Positions 8,177-14,338 of a DNA stretch of 15,767 bases are shown piece after piece. Position 1 is the stretch's first letter, and each line of letters begins with the position of its first letter. The notes under the pieces were generated by a model. The model worked only from the letters and a program-made list of their open reading frames with translations, searched no databases and was not told the DNA's origin. Both the position numbers and the translations under genes were made by a program. The stretch covers positions 1 to 15,767 of the forward strand of contig NZ_BCZP01000050.1 in assembly GCF_001598795.1 (NCBI RefSeq), read 5' to 3'. Origin of the DNA: Delftia acidovorans NBRC 14950. GTDB taxonomy: Bacteria; Pseudomonadota; Gammaproteobacteria; Burkholderiales; Burkholderiaceae_C.

Positions 8177-8845
8177 TTACTCGGGGATGAAGCTGGCCTG
8201 CACCGCCACGTTGGCGAGCACGTTGGCATCTGAGCGCGGGTTGTCCGTGCTGTTGTCGCTCCACTTCTCGAAGTCGAAGCCGGCGGCAGCCTGCGCGAAC
8301 ACGGGCTTGCCCGTAGCGCCCTGCAACACGGTCTGGCTTGCGACGCCCACGATGGAGCCATTGGCGTCGGCCGTGTAGGCCAGGGTGAACGAGATAGCGG
8401 GGACTTCGATGATGCCGTTGTCGATTTCCAGCTGTGCCGTGTGCGCCGTGATGGAATCGACGCTGCCCACGTTGAGCTTGAAGCTCATGCACTGCGCCGT
8501 GAAGTAGTGGCTGGAACCGTCCTGCAGCCGGATGCAGTAGCTGTAGCTGTCGTCAGACACAGATGCAGCCTTGAGCAGCACCTGGCCTTCGTCGTTCATG
8601 TCGCGGGCCATGGGCACGGACAGGCTGCCATCGTTGAAGCTGCCTTTGCGCTTGACGATGCGGCGGGTTGCCAGGGGCGAATGCGTGGCCTGGTTGTATT
8701 CCCGGCCCAGTTCGGCCAGGTCGGTGATCTCAGCGATCTCTTTGAAGGCCAGGGCCTGGAAGCCGGCCGCATCGTAGGTTGCAGGGCGGGCGGCGCAGAT
8801 CAGCAGCTTGCTGCCGGCCGAGGTACGAACGTTTTGGACTGCCAT
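8177..8845 (-). CDS. Major tail (tube) protein with a C-terminal B-repeat-like display domain (222 aa)
   Basis: AAGGA Shine-Dalgarno lies 8 nt upstream of ATG 8845. The gene is immediately upstream of the chaperone pair. Residues 1-150 are the size and beta-rich composition of a siphovirus tube protein. Residues ~151-222 (FTLAYTADANGSIVGVASQTVLQGATGKPVFAQAAAGFDFEKWSDN...VAVQASF) fit the Listeria-Bacteroides/InlB B-repeat pattern. Confidence 0.8.
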   Translation of the reverse strand: MAVQNVRTSAGSKLLICAARPATYDAAGFQALAFKEIAEITDLAELGREYNQATHSPLATRRIVKRKGSFNDGSLSVPMARDMNDEGQVLLKAASVSDDSYSYCIRLQDGSSHYFTAQCMSFKLNVGSVDSITAHTAQLEIDNGIIEVPAISFTLAYTADANGSIVGVASQTVLQGATGKPVFAQAAAGFDFEKWSDNSTDNPRSDANVLANVAVQASFIPE

Positions 8846-8857
8846 GGTCTTTTCCTT

Positions 8858-9328
8858 TCAGGGATGGGATGCCGGGCCGCGCGGGGCGCCCTCGGCAGTG
8901 AGGTATCGGCACAGCCACATGCCGCGCACGATGTAGATGGGCTGGGCAGCGGCGTCGTCCCACTGCCCACGAATGCCGCGCAGGCGCGGTGGGGCGATCA
9001 GCAGGCCGCCCAGCACGCCGCCAGCAGCAGGCCCCATGCGCTCCTCGATCTGCGCATGCAGCTCCATGGCCTGCTCGCGGGCCTGGTCGCCTGTGGCAAT
9101 GCTGGTGACATCGACCAGGAATTCCCGGTGCAGCGTGGCCAGGCCATCGCGCCCGCCCGAGAGGGGTTCGATGCCTTCGTCTGCCGCGCTGATATCAATG
9201 GCTGGCAGGGCACTTACCGGGTATGCGTTGCGACCTTCGACGCGGACGCTGTCTCCAGCCAGGGTGGCCGCGAGCACAAGATCCACCCGCCAGGCGGCCA
9301 GGATCTGCTGTTGCATGTGCTGCGCCAT
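8858..9328 (-). CDS. Tail terminator / tail completion protein (lambda gpU-like, 156 aa)
   Basis: ATG 9328 lies 1 nt after the upstream stop and is preceded by GAGGAGG. The gene is directly upstream of the major tail gene. It shows loose collinear resemblance to lambda gpU as I recall it: an N-terminal helix, LPAI..., a central acidic helix, and a C-terminal aromatic/hydrophobic strand IYIVRGMWLCRYL. The track ORF (to 9565) is over-extended into the upstream gene. Confidence 0.5.
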   Translation of the reverse strand: MAQHMQQQILAAWRVDLVLAATLAGDSVRVEGRNAYPVSALPAIDISAADEGIEPLSGGRDGLATLHREFLVDVTSIATGDQAREQAMELHAQIEERMGPAAGGVLGGLLIAPPRLRGIRGQWDDAAAQPIYIVRGMWLCRYLTAEGAPRGPASHP

Positions 9329-9329
9329 G

Positions 9330-9638
9330 TCAGACCTCCTCCAGCTGCAGCAGCAGCCAGCCGGACTCGTCGGGCTGGGGCGGCTCGGCGATCCGGTAGT
9401 TGACCTGGTCGATCTCGATGGGCTCGCCCTGGGCGATGCCAGGCACCATGTCAGCGGGCAGCCGGCAGGCCAGGACGTAGGCACCCACCATCCCCAGGGC
9501 GTCGCGCGGGCCACGCCGCAGGATGACGCCGAAGGGCTCGCCGCCCTGCCAGACGGCCACCGCATTGGCGTGGTGCCGCTGCTGGGCCGAGCGCACGCGC
9601 CCTGCCCGCTCGGCGCCTGGGATGAGGAGGAAAGTCAT
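9330..9638 (-). CDS. Head completion / head-tail joining protein (lambda FII-like, 102 aa)
   Basis: ATG 9638 lies 17 nt after the DUF2190 gene stop, with GGAG upstream. The C-terminal GEPIEIDQVNYRIAEPPQPDESGWLLLQLEEV resembles lambda FII GDTLTIGEENFWVDRVSPDDGGSCHLWL as recalled from memory. The track ORF 9330..10109 is over-extended in an overlapping frame. Confidence 0.55.
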   Translation of the reverse strand: MTFLLIPGAERAGRVRSAQQRHHANAVAVWQGGEPFGVILRRGPRDALGMVGAYVLACRLPADMVPGIAQGEPIEIDQVNYRIAEPPQPDESGWLLLQLEEV

Positions 9639-9655
9639 GCCCGGACCTGCTCCGC

Positions 9656-10015
9656 TCAGCCCGCGACCGTGCCGATGACACCTGGCAGGCAGACGGCGCC
9701 CTGCGTGGCCGCGCTGTCGGCCGCCTCGAAGGCGAACGCCGCCCCCGTCACGTCGCCGGCCGTGGCCGCGCCGCCAACGGCGAACGCGCCGGTTTCGACA
9801 TCCCAGCGCAGAGGCTGGCCCTGCGTCCACGCGGTGCCTGCCGCCTTGGGCAGGACAAAGACGCCCACGCGCTCGGCGTTGTAGGGCTCGCCGACCTGGG
9901 CCGGGCCATTGGCCACGGCGAGGATGGCGCCGATGGCCACGGGCTGGCCTGCAGCCACTGCGGCAGCAGCTGCCGGGACCTCGATGACGTGGCCGCGCTG
10001 TTGGTAGTTTTTCAT
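9656..10015 (-). CDS. DUF2190-family head decoration / capsid cement-like protein (119 aa)
   Basis: AGGAG lies 8 nt upstream of ATG 10015. The gene is immediately downstream of the capsid gene. It encodes a Gly/Ala-rich small beta protein (MKNYQQRGHVIEV...G.PV.IG...VA.......GE......GVF.LPK....AW.QG..L.WD) matching the DUF2190 pattern commonly found next to HK97-fold capsid genes. Confidence 0.75.
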   Translation of the reverse strand: MKNYQQRGHVIEVPAAAAAVAAGQPVAIGAILAVANGPAQVGEPYNAERVGVFVLPKAAGTAWTQGQPLRWDVETGAFAVGGAATAGDVTGAAFAFEAADSAATQGAVCLPGVIGTVAG

Positions 10016-10056
10016 GGTTTGAACTCCTGAAAGCGTGTGAGTGGATGGCGGCGCGC

Positions 10057-12138
10057 TCAGGCGCCGTTGCTCTTGGCCAGGCCACGCCAGCCCAGGCTCT
10101 TGGCAGCAAAGTCCAAGCTGGCGCGCAGCTTCACGCCGTCCACGTCCTCGCTGGAGAAGGTCTCGGTGCGCAGGCCTTCGTAGCCGTCCACGTAGGCGAA
10201 CTCGACGGTGTCGGTCTGGCCGGCGCGGGCAGCCAGGTAGAACGCGGTGGTAGACACGTCATCCAGCAGCGGCTCCACGATGGGCTCCAGCGCCGTGCGG
10301 CCGCCCGTGCGGAACTCGTTGATGTCGCCGGACTTGGTGGGCTGGTAGTTCGGGCTGGTGAACTGGTAAGCCAGGGTCTCCAGGTCGGAGGGGACCAGCA
10401 GATAGGCTGGCGCGATGTTCAGCGTCTCGTCGTCCTGGCCCTTTTGCTTGCGCATCAGCGTGCGCAGGCTGGACAGTGCTTCCAGCGAGAACTTGGACCC
10501 TGCGCCGGTCAGCAGGTTGTGGTGCTCGGCACCGAACAATGGCTCGCCATCGGACATGGCCGGGTTCTTCAGGATCTGGTCATAGACCAAGCGGTTTTCC
10601 AGGCGGCGGGCCGCATCGGCAAAGCGGGTGCCGGTGCGCGTCAGCGCATCCAGATCGTCATTGACGATCATCTGGCGAGTGATGGCCAGCGAGCGACCGA
10701 AGGTGAAGGCGCGGTAGCCCGTGGCATCCTCGGAAAGGCTGCCGTAGGTGTACTCGCCGTGCTCGTTGAGCTTCTTGAGTTCGACATCACCGCTCACGCC
10801 GATGACCTGGCGGATGCGGAAGTCCGGCAGGTTGGGTGCGCGGCGCGCCCACAGCTGGTAGGTGCTGGGCGCCTCGTCATAGGCCGCACGCAGCACGCGC
10901 TGGCCCACGCCACCGAGCAGCGCGGGGAAGTCGCCCGTGCCCAACATGCCGGAGCGCACGCGCAGCGCCACGTTGACGATCTCGGCGCGACTCATGCCGC
11001 GTGTCTTCTGCCCCAGGCCTTCGGCCACCTCGCGCGCCATCTCCACCATGGTCATGGCGCGGTACTGACGGCCGTTGTCATCCAGCTGGGCGCCGGGGTT
11101 CAGGCGGTGCATGAGCGCGTTTTCAATGCCGCGCATGCGGTTCTCGTGCTCATCGCCCACGGTGCGAATGGAGGTCGTGGGGCCGGTGGCCTGCTCCTGG
11201 CTGCGCTGGTCCAGCGCGGTCAGCACGGCGGCGCGGGCCTGGTCCATGGTGGACTGGTTGCGCAGCAGTTCGGTCTGCAGATCGGCCAGGTTGTGGCGCT
11301 GGCACAGCGCAACGATGTCGGCGGCGCGCTGGCCGTCGAACGCACCGGCAGGCGCGGGCTGCGGCGCACCCTCGGTCTGGCGGTTCTGCGGGACCTGAGA
11401 GACGTTGGTGGGCGCGGCGCCCTGGGGGGTGTTGGCGGTCTGGCCGCCTTCACCGGCTTGGTTTGCTTGGGGCATACGTTGGTGCTCCTGGGTGGTGGGT
11501 TGGGCGGCTGCCCGTTGAAAGAACTCGCACGGCATGCCGCCCTGGGGCGCTGCACCGGACGGGGCCTGGGAAGTGGGTGCGCTGCGCGTGCCGGCGTTGG
11601 GGTCGGCAGGCACGGTGACGAAAGAGATTTCCTGCGGGGTCCAGGCGACTGCGCGGTAGAGATCGACGTTGATGCCGTCCGTGCGGTCCTGTGCGCGGGT
11701 GATTTCGTAGCGCTGGACGCTGTAGCCAAAGCTGATGGCGCGGATGATCCCGGCGCGGATGTCAGCCACGATGCCGGCCAGCTCGGGACGCTGGCTCAGC
11801 CGGATCACGGCCCGGCCTTCACCACCTTCGATCCAGCCGCGCTCGGCAATTCCGAGGATGGCAGCCACGCCGCCATAGGCGCGGTGACCGTCCAGCACCT
11901 GGACAGTGCCGGCGTCAAAACGGGCCATGTCCACGGCCTCGGGAGTGATCTGCAGGTCCTCGTCGTAGGGACGGTCGTTCCACCAGTCGTAGCGGCGCAC
12001 CATGGCGCCCGTGGTCCAGACCACCTCGACCGTGCTGTCGGCCTCGTTGTAGGTGTCGGGGACCAGGCTTGCGGCGCGCGTCTGCACCGGCAAATCGTGG
12101 ACCTGGGGCGCGGAAGATTGGGCGTTGGCTTGTGGCAT
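10057..12138 (-). CDS. Prohead serine protease / scaffold-like linker / major capsid protein fusion (693 aa)
   Basis: Residues ~25-180 fit the HK97-type prohead protease (S78), with candidate catalytic His in VLDGHRAYGG and Ser in AISFGYS. Residues ~185-260 are a Pro/Gln/Ala-rich linker. Residues ~260-330 form a helical delta/scaffold-like segment. Residues ~330-693 resemble an HK97-fold major capsid protein (RSGMLGTGDFPALLGGVGQRVLRAAYDE...GYRAFTFGRSLAITRQMIVNDDLDAL...LLVPSDLE...). Position after the portal fits. Confidence 0.9.
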   Translation of the reverse strand: MPQANAQSSAPQVHDLPVQTRAASLVPDTYNEADSTVEVVWTTGAMVRRYDWWNDRPYDEDLQITPEAVDMARFDAGTVQVLDGHRAYGGVAAILGIAERGWIEGGEGRAVIRLSQRPELAGIVADIRAGIIRAISFGYSVQRYEITRAQDRTDGINVDLYRAVAWTPQEISFVTVPADPNAGTRSAPTSQAPSGAAPQGGMPCEFFQRAAAQPTTQEHQRMPQANQAGEGGQTANTPQGAAPTNVSQVPQNRQTEGAPQPAPAGAFDGQRAADIVALCQRHNLADLQTELLRNQSTMDQARAAVLTALDQRSQEQATGPTTSIRTVGDEHENRMRGIENALMHRLNPGAQLDDNGRQYRAMTMVEMAREVAEGLGQKTRGMSRAEIVNVALRVRSGMLGTGDFPALLGGVGQRVLRAAYDEAPSTYQLWARRAPNLPDFRIRQVIGVSGDVELKKLNEHGEYTYGSLSEDATGYRAFTFGRSLAITRQMIVNDDLDALTRTGTRFADAARRLENRLVYDQILKNPAMSDGEPLFGAEHHNLLTGAGSKFSLEALSSLRTLMRKQKGQDDETLNIAPAYLLVPSDLETLAYQFTSPNYQPTKSGDINEFRTGGRTALEPIVEPLLDDVSTTAFYLAARAGQTDTVEFAYVDGYEGLRTETFSSEDVDGVKLRASLDFAAKSLGWRGLAKSNGA

Positions 12139-12158
12139 GGCGCTCAGTTTTCCGGTTT

Positions 12159-12194
12159 GACTGTCTCAAATCCAAGAAAACTGAGACGATTTCA
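12159..12194 (-). repeat. Copy B of a 36-nt dyad-symmetric intergenic element (GTCTCA-N13-TGAGAC); it contains the portal stop codon and lies upstream of the capsid gene
   Basis: Sense strand: TGAAATCGTCTCAGTTTTCTTGGATTTGAGACAGTC. It is 31/36 identical to copy A. The dyad arms are at 12163-12168 and 12182-12187. Confidence 0.85.
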
Positions 12195-13694
12195 CTTCTG
12201 CCCCTGTCCCTCCATCTGGGCCACCAGATCGATGGGGTTCTGCGCGCCCCACAGCGCGGCCAGCAGCGGCAGGATGCCGCGATCACGCAGCTGCACCAGG
12301 TCGCCCTCCAGCTCGCTGAAAACGGCCTCTGGGTCATAGCCCCGGCGCCGGATGACTTCGCTGATGCTCTGCATACCGCCCTTGACGGCGCTCAGGTCGC
12401 TGGCCACGTCCTGCACGGGGTTAGGGCTGGCCCAGCGGGGCGTGCTCCAGTCCGGCGCAGCCGCATCGGCCGGCACCGTGGCCACCAGATCCACGGCCGC
12501 CACGAACCACCGCGCAATGGGCGCGCACAGGCGCGGCACGGTGACGCGCCACTGCTCGGATTCGACCTCGGCCCGGAACTGGTTCATGCTCATGCGGGAG
12601 GTGCTGAAATTCACCTCTGTCAGGTCGCCCGTCATCAGCTCGTAGGGGCAGCGATAGCCTGCGGCCACCTCCTTCCAGCCCCCTTTCATGTAGTCGCCAA
12701 AGCCCGGCACGGCCTTCGGCTCGATGAAGGTGGGATTGCTCATGCCTGGCGGCAGGCCCACGATGCCGCCGCCAGCAAGATCGCCCAGGTCCATCAGGCC
12801 GGGCTTTTGCCCTGCGGCCTCGTCTGGCAGCGGCGGCGGCATGCCTCCGGCCCCTTCCATCTCGGCCACCACCCCCATGCGCGATTCCAGCTGCTTGCGC
12901 TGCAGCTCGGAGTCACCGTAGGTATGCAGGTCGCGCACCTTGGCGATGATGGGCGCCAGGCGCGTGATGCCGTCCTGCTGGCCAGCGCGCTCGGGGTCGA
13001 AGAAGTGGATGATTTCATCGGCCGGCACACGCTGGCTGGTGCCGCTGCGGCCCAGGGTCCACATGCCAGCATCACCGGGGTGGCGGTCGAACAAGTAGTA
13101 GGCCAGGCGCTGGCCGCGCTTGTCGTACTCGATGCCCCGGATGATCTCGCGCCCACCGGCCAGCACGCCGTTGCGCTCCACGTCCAGAAAGTCGATCTCC
13201 AACAGCTGCAGCTTGAGCGGCACCGTGGAGCCCATGCGCTGGATGTGCTTGCGGATGAGCACGGCGCCATCCACGTCGCGCGTGCGCTCGGCCTTGTACT
13301 GCAGGCCGTAGAAGTCCAGCAGGCCGTCATAGTCGGCATGGGGAACCCATTCGCGCCAGCGTTTGGCCAGGCCATCGTCGGCCCACACCGGCACGATGCC
13401 CTGGCCCACGCGCATGGCGAGCACGGCATTGACGGCGCGCACGATGTTCGGCACGTTCTGCGCGAGTGAGCGCGCACGCATGCGCAGCTCGCGCGCATCG
13501 GCGGCGTGGTCTGCCGTGGGGCTGGCCCCCGAGCGCTTGACGCGCCAGCCATCGGCGCGGCTGGCGCCCTCGTAGGCGCGCACCAGCATTTCCCGGGCGA
13601 CCTGGCGGCGCACGCCTTGCGCGGGCGAGAAATAGCCAACAACACGGTCAACCAGCGTGGGGGAGGCCCTGCGGGCTACGGTACGGCGCTGCAT
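12192..13694 (-). CDS. Portal protein, lambda gpB family (about 500 aa)
   Basis: Size and position after gpW fit. The N-terminal RAYEGASRADGWRVKRSGASPTADHAADARELRMRARSLAQNVP matches the lambda-type portal signature (AYEAA..R..W....S.......L..LR.R.R.L..N.P). I prefer ATG 13694, which lies 2 nt after the gpW-like stop. The track uses a TTG at 13700. Confidence 0.9.
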   Translation of the reverse strand: MQRRTVARRASPTLVDRVVGYFSPAQGVRRQVAREMLVRAYEGASRADGWRVKRSGASPTADHAADARELRMRARSLAQNVPNIVRAVNAVLAMRVGQGIVPVWADDGLAKRWREWVPHADYDGLLDFYGLQYKAERTRDVDGAVLIRKHIQRMGSTVPLKLQLLEIDFLDVERNGVLAGGREIIRGIEYDKRGQRLAYYLFDRHPGDAGMWTLGRSGTSQRVPADEIIHFFDPERAGQQDGITRLAPIIAKVRDLHTYGDSELQRKQLESRMGVVAEMEGAGGMPPPLPDEAAGQKPGLMDLGDLAGGGIVGLPPGMSNPTFIEPKAVPGFGDYMKGGWKEVAAGYRCPYELMTGDLTEVNFSTSRMSMNQFRAEVESEQWRVTVPRLCAPIARWFVAAVDLVATVPADAAAPDWSTPRWASPNPVQDVASDLSAVKGGMQSISEVIRRRGYDPEAVFSELEGDLVQLRDRGILPLLAALWGAQNPIDLVAQMEGQGQK

Positions 13695-13696
13695 GA

Positions 13697-13927
13697 TCAA
13701 CGGTCCCGCAGGCCGGCGAAGCGAAACCGCGCCACCAGGGCGCGTGACTGGCCGGTTCCGGCCACGGCCGCGATCTGCGTGTGCAGATCCCGGCGCGCGC
13801 CCATCATCTCGTCCTGGCTGCGATAGGTGACCGAGGCGCCATCCTCGGTCGTGATGGTGCGTTCACCACTGTGGATGGCGGCATTGAGGCGCGCGAGGCG
13901 CATCTGGAGGTCTTGGAGCGTGCTCAT
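13697..13927 (-). CDS. Head-tail joining protein, lambda gpW-like (76 aa from ATG 13927)
   Basis: It is a small protein between terminase and portal. MSTLQDLQMRLARLNAAIHSGERTITTEDGASVTYRSQDEMMGARRDLHTQIA parallels lambda gpW ([46 protein letters not shown]) as recalled from memory. The track start (GTG 13936) is 3 codons upstream. ATG 13927 gives the same 22-nt spacing to the repeat as seen at the capsid gene. Confidence 0.75.
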   Translation of the reverse strand: MSTLQDLQMRLARLNAAIHSGERTITTEDGASVTYRSQDEMMGARRDLHTQIAAVAGTGQSRALVARFRFAGLRDR

Positions 13928-13947
13928 ATGCCGCACGCTACCGGGGC

Positions 13948-13983
13948 AACTGTCTCATTTCCAAGAAACCTGAGACGGTTTCA
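13948..13983 (-). repeat. Copy A of the 36-nt dyad-symmetric intergenic element; it contains the stop codon of the Mor-like gene and lies upstream of the gpW-like gene
   Basis: Sense strand: TGAAACCGTCTCAGGTTTCTTGGAAATGAGACAGTT. The dyad arms are at 13952-13957 and 13971-13976 with a 13-nt spacer. Confidence 0.85.
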
Positions 13984-14334
13984 TCCGGGCTGTTTCAGGT
14001 GCCGGTACACCGTGGCACGGCTGATGCCCAGCGTTCGCGCCACGGCCGTGGCATTGCGGCCATTCCACAGGCGCAGCACCTGCCGCCGCTCCTCGGCCTT
14101 GTCCACAGGGGATCGGGCGGAGATGTAGGCGGCCTGGCTGGCAAACTCCCTGCGCAGCTGCTGCTGGACACGCTCCACCGTGGCAGGGCTGCCGCGCAGC
14201 TCGGGCAGCAGATCGACCAGGTAGTCGAACATGCGATCCACCAGATCGGGCGCGAAATCGGCCTCTGGCGTGGCGGAAGTCTTGGCCGCATCGGGGGCCA
14301 TGTGGGGTGCTGGGGCGTTGGTCTTTGGGGTCAT
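13981..14334 (-). CDS. Small DNA-binding protein with a C-terminal helix-turn-helix, Mor-like (or resolvase HTH_7-like), 117 aa
   Basis: ATG 14334 lies 4 nt after the terminase TAG. The longer track ORF (to 14625) merely overlaps the terminase in another frame. The C-terminal RRQVLRLWNGRNATAVARTLGISRATVYRHLKQ resembles phage Mu Mor (DLRIWNDFNGRNVSELTTRYGVTFNTVYKAIRR, recalled from memory). AAYISARS parallels Mor QVYIPRGQ. Confidence 0.6.
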   Translation of the reverse strand: MTPKTNAPAPHMAPDAAKTSATPEADFAPDLVDRMFDYLVDLLPELRGSPATVERVQQQLRREFASQAAYISARSPVDKAEERRQVLRLWNGRNATAVARTLGISRATVYRHLKQPG

Positions 14335-14338
14335 GGGG

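Noticed and set aside
10045-12339. A 764-aa plus-strand ORF, along with other long plus-strand ORFs (3319..5169, 5233..6165, 6169..7293, 8441..9403, 8937..9884, 12069..13469).
   Set aside because: They lie exactly antisense to well-supported phage structural genes. Their translations are low-complexity Ala/Gly/Arg/Leu/Val/His strings with no recognisable motifs and no ribosome-binding sites. Stop-poor antisense frames are expected at about 65-70% G+C.
13948-13983. A sigma-54 (TGGCAC-N5-TTGCA) or sigma-70 -35 (TTGGAA) reading of the TTGGAAATGAGACAGTTGC part of the repeat.
   Set aside because: The GG-to-GC spacing is 3 nt too long for sigma-54, and copy B has no TTGC. TTGGAA/TTGGAT has no acceptable -10 at 16-18 nt. 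Only the weaker activator-dependent promoter idea is kept, as a hypothesis.
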